Below the pieces are notes generated by a model. It ran no database searches. It had not been told where the DNA came from and saw only the letters and a list, made by a program, of their open reading frames with translations. The position numbers and the translations under genes were made by a program. 64,000 nt of DNA from Marsupella aquatica (Eukaryota; Plantae; Marchantiophyta): assembly GCA_973895155.1 (NCBI GenBank), contig OZ316897.1, positions 956,515 through 1,020,514 of the forward strand, given 5' to 3'. This document shows, in pieces, positions 1 through 12,309 of the stretch. Within the stretch, counting starts at the first letter, position 1; each line of letters starts with the position of its first letter.

Positions 1-2172
1 AAATCTGTGTCCTGCAATTTCCAACAATGTGCACGTAAGACTACATAACGACTGAGGTTACCAGCTCACGTATGTAGGCCCAGATTTATAATTTTACTCA
101 TGTCAAGATCAGTATTCGTACTTCAAGCCAGCTCAAGAAAAATTCTCGAAAATGCAAAATCTGTAACAAGCCCTACTGCATCCTGTGACGAAATCAAATA
201 CTCTACACAAAACAAACTCAACCCAGTGACGAAAAGGTTCCAGTCTTGTCTAGTCGTGATTCACTGTTCCATATTATTGACGAACGCTAGTTTTGAAAGT
301 TCCAATGATAAGTACGACAAGTGATATTTTATGACCTCAGAAGTCGATCTGATATGTGTCACCTTCCGATGTTATGGAATGTCTCTGCTTGAATGCTAAA
401 TTTCCACTTATCCTAACACAAATTTTCTCACAAGATTTCAAGTAAGGAGAGAATACGGTCACACATTTCTGGACTGGTAATCAAATTGTGTTAACGTAGG
501 ATTGGACCAGCGATCCCCAACCTGACATAATGCCATTGCCCGGCTTAAAAAATTCTTCTCGACCTCATCTGATTCGATAATTGGTGCAATGGCACCAAGG
601 ATCGCACAACAGACAGTGCGTGACTGCACAGTCTCCTGTGATTCTCCTTTTGCAATAGCAAGGCGCATGAGGTCATCACAAATCATCTGACCAACAAATA
701 AATTAAATAAGAAACCTCCAATCTAGTATTTCATCATGTCTGTGAGCTGCACCATGCAAGTACCGATGCTCCAATTTCCAAGCTTTGGTAGTTATGAATG
801 AAGTCCGGTAAAGAGTTGAAAAAGTCTAAACATAAAGATACTTGGTTCTCAAATAATACCTTCTCTGGAAGCATTGGTATAATTGCACAGAGGACCTTTA
901 GCCAAACTCCTAAAACGTCATGATTTTTGTTGGAGTTAAGCATAGACAATGCTGTGGGAAGCAGCCACAATCCCACCTGTTCATTCAAAACGGTAGAAAG
1001 CCCCAATGAATACATCTGCTTGGACTAACCTCCCACCTTTGACCCTTTTCAGGAAGTCCCAAGAGCAACAGGAATTTCCACCTGTTCACGGAATCGAAGA
1101 AAAAGAGCTTTTCTTTCAGGTGCACCAGCTTTTATCTTCTAAACTACTACGGATGTTGAAAGGGGTTTCCAAGGCACCAACTTGACAAAATTGAAACACT
1201 TAGTAAAAGTAATTTAATATTTCAGCGAATGAGTACAATGAATTGACAGCAAATCCCAAGTCTTCCAGAAATTATAAGTAAATGAATGAATTCCAATAGC
1301 CAGCCAGAGTAGTACCCTGGAGTAGCAGTTTGTTGACTTAGAATTGGTTTCAAGACTTCAAAGGAGAATTCACCCAACCTGACACTCACATCTTTTGGCA
1401 AAGCTGGATCTTGCACAATGGAGACGAAAGCTTCTCCAGCTGCCACCTTTAGGTCGAGAGCGACCACAAAGAGGTGTCAGAAAGACAACCCTACAGAATT
1501 TCTTCTGCTGTTTTATTGCACCAAGGAAACACAAACTACCTAGGAGTTTCTAAATTTACTCGGAAGATGGATGCCAATCGATAAATAAGAGCATGAGGCT
1601 TTGTCAGAAGAGACGTCACCCCACAAACTATCATTCATAGTAAACGCAAATGCCAGAGAAAAACGACATAATTCCGTTGGATGTAGACTGGACAACAGCT
1701 TGGCGTTTTGAACCTGTATATTTTAAATCCTGCCTTTGTAATGATGATCCCGACGTCACAAAGACTCGATGACCGCAAAGGATTTCGGTCTTCACAGGGT
1801 TAGTTAGATCGTGCTTACTTGACTTGCAACGGTAAAATTTTCCAAAGAAGTCGCAAGAGCTGGAAACAATGACTGGTAAGCCACTGCCTTGTACTCTTGA
1901 AAAATAACCGGGAGCTTTTCAATTGCACAACTTATCTGCAACTGCAAGATCATCACAAAGATAAAATCATGGCAACCTATCCTTGAGGAAGGATACTCAC
2001 TTTGGATTTGGGACTTGGTTGCATCAAAACTGCAAGTACAAAGAGAAATGGCTAAAATTACCTGGTGGGCATTCGGAGAGAGAAAGAGCTTGGTCCGTTC
2101 AAGATCACTCAAATTCTCATCCACCATTAATCTCTCAATCTCTTCACCACTCCTTCCAGCATCTCTCCGATG
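1..2172 (-). CDS. PPP4R4 (PP4 regulatory subunit 4 / CFAP14)-like HEAT-repeat protein, partial multi-exon gene running off the window start
   Basis: Exons with GT-AG borders, e.g. 2172-2062 (HRRDAGRSGEEIERLMVDENLSDLERTKLFL), ~1935-1820, ~1445-1316, ~909-842, 686-522 (ETVQSRTVCCAILG...RAMALCQ) and 11-1 (DTD). These resemble the remembered PPP4R4 N-terminus (EEIERLTVDEDLSDIERA...QTVQSRLVSCKILG...LCQD). The start-codon exon was not located. Confidence 0.75.
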
Positions 2173-4093
2173 CTAGTGGCCCACATGAGAGTCGTTAGTA
2201 TCAGTGTGTGCATGATTTGTCCAATAGTATCATGAAATTGATATAAGTTCATCACATTTCAATTTTACAGATCAACTTATCGAAGTGATAGTGGCTCAAT
2301 CGATTGATCGACCTGAAACAACTTTTGAATTGCAAAAAAATAGGTCTTAGACCCTTGAATGCCCCATTCACGCCATCACTTGACTCTTCTCAAAGTGACT
2401 CATATGATTACGTCCATAGTCATCGAGCTGGTAGACAAGGTGGATAAATTTTGATAATGTGAAGGGAACAAGGTAGACCTCAATTACCTCCTTAACGTTG
2501 TCTTCTAGATCAACATCTCGAGGTTCCATGGCTTTCACGTCTTTAAAGTCTTTACAACACATGGGTGTTATTACGTTTTAAATCAAACGGTTGGCTCCAC
2601 ATTCACAACGCATGTTTTGAGTATTGATACTCATCCTTGTTCTACTACAAAGACGGAATATAGATTAACACAATGAGCATTCGGAGCAGTAGCTTTGTCT
2701 AAACTATCTGTGATTATATAGCATGAAGAAATTGCTCCTTGAATCAACCAAGATGCTATTAAATGCCATATGGTGAACTCGGATGTGAGTTACAGTGCAG
2801 TTTGCCTCTTAAATTATGGGTATTTTCACAGAACATGGAAGCCAATATTTTCCTAGTGGCAAGGGATCACTCTGTTCAAGGAAGTCAATTGTTTAGGGTG
2901 ACAATCTAGATGTCAATAATGATGAGATCCTGAATGCAATCTTGGTGTGCCAAGTTACGTAGAGAAGACACGAAGTCATTGTTCTATGAAGCAGTTTCGT
3001 ATGGTATTGTCAAGTTCACTTACCTCTCCACATTGGTATCTACGTCACAAAACTGTCACCGCTGGCGGATATACAAATGTATTGAATCATGGACTGTAGG
3101 GACCCCGGATGGCAAGATTTCAAATCATCAGGCGGTCGAGGTAACTCCAATTACATCCATCATACTATTCAAGCTTTTTTCAATATCTGATCGACGTGGG
3201 TTCACGATGTTTGAATGAGTTGCCTTCGTGAAAATGGTTCCAGGGATGGCAACTTCTGGTCACCCTCAAAGCTAGAATTTGGTGCCTTCAATTCGAAGAA
3301 TAAGAAGACATTCGTGACAATTTGATACAGGGTCCATCTTTCGACCAAATATGCCATTCGATTCATTTGAGCTCGCAATCGATTCAGTAGAATTATCGAA
3401 ATCACAACATCACAAGACCAGAAGAAGGAAGATCTTGCCATTCTGTGCCACAATGTCCTGCTCCTTCTTTTGGGGATAAAAAGCCATAATAAAAGCTGCT
3501 TTGCTTTGCTTTGATCTTCTGAGAAAGCACACCAAAAGAGAAAATACCAAAAGTGGGATGGAGATTTTTGAAATCAAAATAAATAATTGGTTAACGTCGT
3601 CAGATTGACCCGGTATGGATTAAAACCAAGTGGAAGCTCGGATGGACATAGAAGTTTGACACGGCCAATTGGATGGATATAGGAACTTTACAGCATCATG
3701 ATATTCCCCAAACCATAGTGTCATTCTACAGAAGTGTAAGACATTATGAAGATAGTAGCGTCCTATTTACATAATGCCCTGACAAATGAAGGCTTTGAAT
3801 CAAATAATATATATCAAACTGCCAAAAATCAAGAGAGGCCGAACAGGGAGACACGATCCCACAGGCCCTCGATCAAGGGGGGACAAGAAAAAGGCCAAAG
3901 ATCTGTAAAGACCGGGCACTATCAAGTTGCAAAAGGGTATTTATTGCTGATAATGTTATAATAAAAGATCATTAATACACTTCGAGACCTAAGAGATCTT
4001 TCTTAAAAATTAGAGGATAAATTCAATAATGAGGCCCTACAAATCTTGATTGTTCATTTATTTCTATTTCTCGAGAAATGCCCTGAACAATTC

Positions 4094-4629
4094 ATTCAGG
4101 GAGACGAGTCCCTGCATTGTCATTCAATGCACCTCGATTCTCCTCCACAGCCCACCGGAATGCTCTCTCCATTTTGTGTCTCACTTCAGTTTCAAGCCAG
4201 CCCCATTTTTGGGTCCAAGTTCAGTTTTGAGGAGGGCACATATTTTTGAGGAGTTCTAATGCTTGACGCTAATAACTTATTCAAAAATAATGTACATTTA
4301 TAATATCAAGTTTTAAAATATCAATATATTTTTTAATATAAAATAATTATAAAGGATTAAATGGTAATGAGCATGGAGAATTTATGCACAGAGGTAATTT
4401 GTGACCTAGGGTATTGGAGCTCAGTTGAGACTACGAAGTGGCGTGTTCAAGGCACACAAAGGGCAACTTTTCTTTTCTTTGATTGAGGGCATGGAAAGGA
4501 ATGAACCCTAGAGGGGCGGGCGGGTGTCTAATTGTATTTGAATATGGAAATGAGATATATATGGGGGGTTCAAGTAATTTGGAGATAGAAAAAATAACAA
4601 AGGAGACACCCATCAGAGCCAGGGATAAA
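4094..4629 (+). repeat. Left ~530-bp terminal inverted repeat of the outer element
   Basis: Aligns by eye with the reverse complement of 19757-20317, with scattered substitutions and indels. Confidence 0.92.
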
Positions 4630-5067
4630 AATTAAAATAATGTCCAAAACAATTGGACTTGGGGATATGGAACAAGGGGCGCCATATATAGCAGCAGCAA
4701 AACATTTGAGGAGACATGATCACATACAAAACCATTTATCACTTAATCACATATCTTTTCTACATACAAGGTTGGAAATAGTCTAAGTTGGCTACCCTGG
4801 GAAACAACAGAGTCTACCAAAGGTGCTGTGCTTGACACATTTCTCAAGACACTCAAAGAACTAGGAACCATGCTTGTACCAATTCCTTGCAAACTTTCAA
4901 AACCCTCTCAGTTGGAGCACACTTCCCAATCCTGGCCTTGTCTTCTCTACCACATACTTTTGGACTCGCTTCATAGGGGCCTTCTGCTGGGTTGGTTTTT
5001 ATGCTCTTTTCATAGGATCAGCCTATTCATTAAAAGTGTATTTTCTTTTGTTCACAAATCAGTCTTG

Positions 5068-5150
5068 AAATGTACACTTTCATGTCCCCAAATGTACACT
5101 TTAAGAAACCCAAATGTACACTTTTTGATCCCTAAATGTACACTTTATAG
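5068..5150. repeat. Left subterminal AAATGTACACTTT repeats (4 copies)
   Basis: aaatgtacacttt recurs at ~22-bp spacing just inside the left 26-bp TIR. Confidence 0.8.
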
Positions 5151-5424
5151 GCCAAATCATATTAGTATTATATTAATAAATAATATATATTATATTATTT
5201 ATTAATTCACAAAGAATAATAGGATAGAGATCATTAGTTATTAATTCACAAAGAATAGTAGGATAGAGATCATACTTATGAAAACATTTCAGCACAAAGA
5301 AGCCCTTTAATATGTGTGAACAAAATCATGACATAACTCCAAATAGATTATAAAATAATATACAATTATCTCCAAATTTACAATGTATTTCTTCTATCTA
5401 AGGGGCTTAACATGAGTCAGATCT

Positions 5425-6555
5425 CTAAACAAAGTGCTCCTTACAATGTGTATTTGAGCACGTGCCCCTGTCTCCTTTACTATCTACCCTAGTGTCACGG
5501 TTGCAAGTCCCTTTATCTTCAGGGAGCTGAAACTTGGTGGTGTTGTTCCTAATGGCTATAATCTCCCGCAAAAAGTGTCTGGGATTTTCTCTATACGGAC
5601 CTGAATAGTCTCGTCCTACAAATGCTTTAGCAAGTGAGGTGACAAGTGCATCGTCAAGTTCTACCTCAGTACGTAAACTACATATACGATGCTTCACATT
5701 CCAAGAAATCTCATTGCTATTGAGGTCCAACACACTATGCGTAAATTGTGACTTCCAAATTTTTGTTGCACATCTCTTACTAAGTTGATCATAAGTAATT
5801 TCATTTTTTACCTTGTCTCTCTTTATGTTCAATAGAGACCACAGTGGAGAGTTCAGAAGAAGATAACATCTAATGTCACTTGCATGTGATAGTTTCTCAA
5901 GACAAGGCCAAAGAATTGTTAGAAGAAAATTATCTTCACGATTGGCATGCGTGTAGGGCACTGGAAATAGTCTGGTGAATCTTGGGTTGGCAAATGCCTT
6001 AAGGGGGGAGTCATCCACAAGGAGGGTGTTGGTTTCATCATATAGATTTCCAAATCCACTCCATACCACCCGAAAATCCTTCAGTAGCACATTTGCATTT
6101 CCGTTTGTAATGTCACGCCTTTGAATGCCTGTGTCAAAGGCTTCCACCTGTGTGAATACAAACTTAAGTTTCAACCGCTCCTCAATAGTGAACATCATGT
6201 TCAACATTTTCACTGTTCGCTGTACCCCAGCACATGTCCAAATCGCAACATCAAATTGGTCAAAAACCAACTTTAGAAACTCATGGAGCCCTGGCCTTTC
6301 TGTATACATGCGACTAATTCCATTTTTTCTATCCCAATGCACTCCACTTGGGGTCACAACATTTCTGGATTTGCCCTTGCTTTGGAATTCAACCGAATCC
6401 CAAAGTATTTTGTTAAGATCCAAAATCAGCAATTTGCGCTTGATGGAAGGTCTTGGTTCTGCAAGTGCAACAAATACCAATCTTAGAGAGAAAACCACAT
6501 TTGAAGTTTGGATAGAGATCGTCTCCATCCAAAAAACACAAGTGGCCAACCACAA
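5425..6555 (-). CDS. FCP1/SCP (NIF-family) HAD-superfamily phosphatase-like protein, transposon cargo
   Basis: KLLILDLNKIL (DxDxT motif I as DLN), YTERPGLHEFL, FDVAIWTCA, LLKDFRVVW, NTLLVDDSPLKAFANP. The true 5' end is probably spliced (acceptor cacttgcag at ~6460). Confidence 0.85.
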   Translation of the reverse strand: MWLATCVFWMETISIQTSNVVFSLRLVFVALAEPRPSIKRKLLILDLNKILWDSVEFQSKGKSRNVVTPSGVHWDRKNGISRMYTERPGLHEFLKLVFDQFDVAIWTCAGVQRTVKMLNMMFTIEERLKLKFVFTQVEAFDTGIQRRDITNGNANVLLKDFRVVWSGFGNLYDETNTLLVDDSPLKAFANPRFTRLFPVPYTHANREDNFLLTILWPCLEKLSHASDIRCYLLLNSPLWSLLNIKRDKVKNEITYDQLSKRCATKIWKSQFTHSVLDLNSNEISWNVKHRICSLRTEVELDDALVTSLAKAFVGRDYSGPYRENPRHFLREIIAIRNNTTKFQLPEDKGTCNRDTRVDSKGDRGTCSNTHCKEHFV

Positions 6556-6711
6556 AGAAAATCTGCATACTGACCGTATTCATTGAGCAACCGTAACGAG
6601 GAAATGGATATCGATACTTATGCTCTAGTTGTTAGGTGCGCTTGAAGTATAATTATACACACTATATTATATCAAATTGATAAGGTCACATGGCTAAATC
6701 TTAGCCCTTGG

Positions 6712-9700
6712 CTAACAATGAGATCCATATTCATCAATCAAGATATCATCACCGAGCTCCTGTTGGATCTCATAATTGACATCGGAGGTACTCTCCTCTA
6801 CCCAATAAGGTGCAGACCAAACTGGAGTTATCAATCCCAATTCTCCGCTTCTATAAGCTGGATCTTTCTTATGTTTTTTGTAAGAGTCATTGTTCAAAAT
6901 TGATTGAGCAGCATCCAACGGTACTTCGGTTCCTACATCTGGTCCACTTTTCCACACGTAACATCGGCAATCATATTCAAGTGACTTATATCCCGTTGAT
7001 CCTACTCTCTTTCCTTTCTTTTTTGAGAGCGGAAGGATAACAGGACTTCTTGATTGTGACCGAACAAACACTAATTTGTCATCAGAAGCGGAAAAGAGTG
7101 TATTAGGACAAATTGAAGCACCTGCCTGGTTGTTAGCAGTCGTGGATGCACTTGCTTCATTGACGGGAATGTCAGGTACTTGGATGGTCTCTGCTCTCAA
7201 TCCCAAATGTGTCAAGTTCATTGGACTCACCATACCTCTCCGCACCTTGATTGAGAAGGTTGTTTGAAGAAAGTTTCTCAAATGTATCAACTTCTGATTC
7301 TCTCATTTTCTCCATCTCTTGTCCAGGCACTTGTGGATGGAGACCATCTCTATCCAAGTTATCATCAAACTGGCCCTTGTTGGGGCCCATGGGGGCAACA
7401 TCTGTAATTGGTGAACTACAAGGTGCAGATCCAACAATCATGTCATCTTCCACAAGGTCAATATCTTCACCCTCGCCAACTCGGTCATCCAAATTCTTCA
7501 CATATGCGCCCTCCGATGGCCCATCACCTTTGACTGATTGGTCAGCTCCATCTTCTTGATCACCATCTGATTCATCATGAATAGAAACAGCGGTAGAAGA
7601 GGGTTCCCAATGTCTAGAACTTCCACCAACATAGCGATCATAACGATCTTTGATGGTGGGAACCCTCTCGCAAAGGAACGAAGCGTATGCTTCCAAAAAA
7701 TGTCTCTCATGTTGAGAGTCACAATAAACAAAACATTCACGTTGAGAAAAAAGGGATGTCTTCAACACTTGACCGCCATAGAAAAAGTCAAGAATCAAAT
7801 CCCCTGGTTCGGATAATGTTTGGATGATCTTTTGGATCATCCGGGTGGGTTTGGCATGAGGATTCACCCATCCACCACGAGCCCCAACAGTCTCAAATCG
7901 AGGTGCCATGTGCAGAAGTATTGCCGCCTCTTCTGGGGTCATCACAATTTGTAGATCTTCATCCATTGACTCCTCGTCCATGTTCTTTCCCTTCGTCGTT
8001 CCATTCCCTTTGATCTTCTCAACGACAAAATCAGTATCCTTTTCACCATACACCCATTTTGGCTTCATTTGGTTGGGCTTGAACACTTCATCCAGCTGAC
8101 GTTTTCTTCGCGAGAAATTCCGGCAAAGATAACTTCTTCTATTCCTCCCTTCCAACATGAGTCATGAGGGTGAGGTTGATCATCTCGAGAATAACTCCCA
8201 TACTCAATGTGAATGCTCAAAGTTTTTGAATGTCCTAATTTATGAAGAGCGCTTAGGACATTCAGTACAAGATAACCCGGATGGACAGTTATCATCACAA
8301 CAATGGTGGGATTCTGTGGTAGCTCTACTATATATTGGAAGAGGACCAAAATCTCTGCTTCAGTCCACTCCTTCTGTTGAAGTCGGCTGAAATCAACAAT
8401 CGCAAGAGGGCATGTTGGAGATTGTTCTTCCAACGACTCTGGATCCACTGTCTTCATTAGATTGTTACTAAAAAATGTGACCCATGGCTGAGTCCGAGAA
8501 CTTGTCCCATCGCCAAACTTTTGACAGTAAATATCATCTAGACGCATCACCAATGTCATTGGCAATATCTCACTCTCCTTTGTATGATTAGACTTCAATA
8601 AATTTGTCAACCATACTTCACCAGCCGCTCTTCGGCACCTGTTCAACTCTGACTCGACACTTAACAATGGGAGGACCTCAATTACTTTAACCCATTGAGT
8701 ATCTGCTGGGAAGTTTTTTGGATCCTTCTTGAAGTAGTAATCTCCAATAAGAGACTTCAATTTGATCAATATTTTCACCTCCTTTGCAAACTCCTCCATC
8801 GCTGGAACATCTGACTTATTTGTCGGATCCTTCTTCAATAAAACTTGACCTGACTTCACCTTGTTCAAAATTTTGGTCAAATCTCTATTTGAGATTTCAC
8901 CATCAAAACAACGAAACATTGCGACCGTTATTGCCTTTTCAGACCTTTTGTTTCCTTGTGTACCAGCTCCATCAGGAAGATTTCCATCAATCCACATCTG
9001 GCACACTAACCGCCATAACTCAAAAAGATCATTCTCGGGAAAAAGCAACCAGTATACATTTTTCAAGTCTTTTCTCCCCATGGTCATCCTTGCCAGTGCC
9101 AAATAATCCTGCAATCAAAAATTGGGGGGAATGTTGTGAGTTATCTAAATAAACCAAAAGTCACACTCTTGGACAGAGACCATCTCCATCCAAGTCAAAA
9201 CCAAAAGTAGAATGAAGAGATATCTCTGGAACGGACGGTGACACTCTTGGACAGAGACCATCTCCATCCAAGTCAAAACCAAAAGTAGAATGAAGTAAAA
9301 TCTCTAGAACGGACGGTGACACTTTGGACAGAGACCATCTCCATCCAAGTCAAAACCAAAAGTAGAATGAAGTAAAATCTTTGAAACGGACGGTCTCACT
9401 CTTGGATAGAGACCATCTCCATCCAAGTCATAACCGAAAATATATTGAACTAAAATCAATGTAACGGGCGGTCACACTCTTGGACAGAGACCATCTCTGT
9501 CCAAACAAGAAAATACGTTTCTCACCTGAAATTTCTGATTGTCTTGGGCGTTTGACTTGTTGTCCCCGTGCTTTGGCTTTCTTGGTGCTCCGCATTCAAT
9601 GAATTGTTTCCTTGCATGAACAATTGTATCTTTGAAGCACGATTGAAACACCATCGTCAAATTGATGGCATTTGATCTCATTGAGTGCTCAACCAATATA

Positions 9701-12309
9701 GCCGATGGTGTAAGGTCTGACAATAATCTAGACTTCCTGTATTTTAACTTTTTTGCCAACACTGTGAGTTTGGCATCAATTTTGGCCCATTCGAGAACCC
9801 ACTTGGCCGCCCTAGCCGAATGTTGCCCACTAATGGCAAAGAAACCAATCTTGCCTTTCTTCACACCTGCAAGAAAGTCTTTGCGGTCGTTCTCCGTGCT
9901 GTCAAAATGGAGCAACTTTCTAAGCTTTGGATTGTAAGGAAGCAGGTCCGCGACATGAGGTTCATGTCCAGGGTTTTTGACCATGGATTCGGCTATGTGC
10001 TTCACATGGGTACTATTGAGCATCCTGTAACATAATCTTGCCGGTGCAGGCATAATTTTCTCCACTGGAATAGAAAATAGTTCATTTATCCCAAAAGTAT
10101 AGTACTGCTCTATTCTTTGGAGAACATCATTTCCTTCTAAGACCTTCTTCTCCTCAGGGGCATCAAGTTTGTCTCCCTCATCTTCTGGGAGCATCTGTAC
10201 TTCTGCAAGGGTTGACTGCACGATAGACTTGTCAGTCTTCTGTTTCTTCTTCCCTACTGGCTTCTTCTCGGGTTCCTTTGGCAGTGTCTCAATTTTCTCG
10301 TGCTCCTTGCTCTCTCTTTTTCTCCGCTTCCCTACCACTCTTTTGGTGCTTGTCCCAGTTGTTGTTCCTGCCATCCCAGCTGTTGTTCTTGCAGTCCCTG
10401 TTGTCTCCAGGGATACTTTTGGTGGCTTGGGAACTTCCGTGTTCACAACTACTGGTGGAAGCTCTTTCACCGCTACTGGTGGAACATTCATCGGCTTGGG
10501 TAATGAATTTATCCACTTTTTTGCATTATCCATCACAAACTCCTCATCAAATGCAATGTTCTTGTCAAGCCAAACACTTAACTCTGAAGATAGGAAACCT
10601 GCCTTGTCAAGCAGATTATTTAAAACCCATGTCACCGGGATTGTGTAATTCCCTTGGTTTTTATGGATATTTAGCTTCACATATTGGAAGCCATACATGA
10701 TGTCGAGTGGAAGAATCCCCTTCACCCTTGCAATAACTTTCTGAGCTGAATATGATTTTGGGAAAAATCCCATTGACAACACACCAAGTTCTCCAGCAGC
10801 AGACCACTCAATATTGAACTCGGAGGAATACGCCTTTGACGGAAGATGAAGTTTAACCCACCTTATTCTTTCATGGAGCTCAAGAATGACTGAAACAAAT
10901 CCCCTTCCTTCAATTCCAACAAAGACTACAGGTCCAATTACAAGAGTCTCCCCTTCTGACGTTCTGACCTTTATGCACAACACGGGTTCCCGTCTCTTTG
11001 TTGTGCTAAGATAATCAAAATCAACTCTGGAGAACTCAAGGCCCCAACGGAAGTCTGGGTTGCTCTGCTCAAGCAAGACTCCCTCAGAACAATCTGCCTC
11101 TGAAATTGGTGGTTTCAATGCATTGAGAGTACTCCCTGAATTGCCACAACCATGCATAATTATTAGTTTTGTCATTGGAAATTTGGGGTTCTCTATAAGT
11201 TTGGACAGAGATGATCTCTATCCAATTCTGACTAGAGGTCACTCTCCCTTCCTTGGATAGAGATCATCCCTGTCCAACTGGACAGAGATGATTTCAGTCA
11301 TAGGATATGAATGATCTATATGCAATTACTAATACAAATCATCACTACCCTCTGCTTGGATAGAGATCATCTCTATCCAACTAAAAAGGGATGATCTCTA
11401 TCTAGGCAGATGATGGGGCAGAGGACAAGAAAGATCCAAAACCTTTTAAAAACTTTAAATCATCTCTACCCATTATGTGGATAGAGATCATCTCTATCCA
11501 ACTGGACAAGGATGATCTCTATCCAAGTAGAGAATTACTAACATCTCTATCCAACTTTACTATCCTATGCTTGGATAGAGATCATCTCTATCCAACTGGA
11601 CAAGGATGATCTCTATAGACAGGATGGGAATGATCCGTATCGAATTACTAATAGAAATCATCACTATCCTCTACTTGGATGGAGATCATCTCTATCCAAC
11701 TGGACAGGGATGATCTCCATCCATAGACAGGATGGGAATGATCCGTATCGAATTACTAATAGAAATTATCACTATCCTCTACTTGGATGGAGATCATCTC
11801 TATCCAACTGGACAGGGATGATCTCTATCCATAGACAGGATGGGAATGATCCGTATCGAATTACTAATAGAAATCATCACTATCCTCTACTTGGATGGAG
11901 ATCATCTCTATCCAACTGGACAGGGATGATCTCTATCCATAGACAGGATGGGAATGATCCGTATCGAATTACTAATAGAAATCATCACTATCCTCTACTT
12001 GGATGGAGATGATCTCTATCCAACTGGACAGGGATGATCTCTATCCATAGACAGGATGGGAATGATCCGTATCGAATTAGTAATTGAAATCATCACTATC
12101 CTCTACTTGGATGGAGATGATCTCTATCCAACTGGACAGGGATGATCTCTGTCCGGTGCCTAAAACTTGAGGTACTCACTTGGGTTGAGCAACTGAAAGG
12201 CTCTAGAATCCTCCAAGGCCGTGTCTACCACGTCCGCAATGGAGGAGAGATCCGTCTCCTCTGTTGGCTCTGTAGTCAAGTCCACTTGAATAGGCCTACT
12301 TGACTCCAT
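6712..12309 (-). CDS. Large spliced cargo gene (~1,400 aa if joined): ParB/Sulfiredoxin-like domain + beta-class amino-(N6A/N4C) DNA-methyltransferase-like domain; two frame breaks in this copy
   Basis: Exon 1 12309-12180 (MESSRPIQ...LLNP, donor A|gtgagt) joins in frame via acceptor ttatag to exon 2 11192-9526. Donor CAG|gtgaga and acceptor ttgcag join in frame to exon 3 starting at 9108. ParB-like: FSIPVEKI..YRMLNSTHVKHIAESM...FAISGQHSARAA. MTase-like: PLAIVDFS, EEVIFAG, VNPHAKPTRMIQKIIQTLSEPGDLILDFFYGG. Frame breaks at ~8105 and ~7200. Confidence 0.72.
9163..9505. repeat. 78-bp tandem repeat (5 copies), each carrying the element palindrome; inside predicted intron 9109-9525
   Basis: gga(c/t)agagaccatctc recurs at 9171, 9249, 9326, 9404, 9482. 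Confidence 0.9.
11200..12155. repeat. Palindrome array including a 108-bp tandem unit (5 near-identical copies, ~11630-12155); inside predicted intron 11193-12179
   Basis: gatccgtatcgaatta at 11632, 11740, 11848, 11956, 12064. Perfect palindrome TTGGATAGAGATCATCTCTATCCAA at 11356-11380 and 11571-11595. Confidence 0.92.

Noticed and set aside
2368-3453. ORFs 2368-2562 and 3202-3453 as first exons of the PPP4R4-like gene
   Set aside because: I could not establish convincing homology or an in-frame splice donor.
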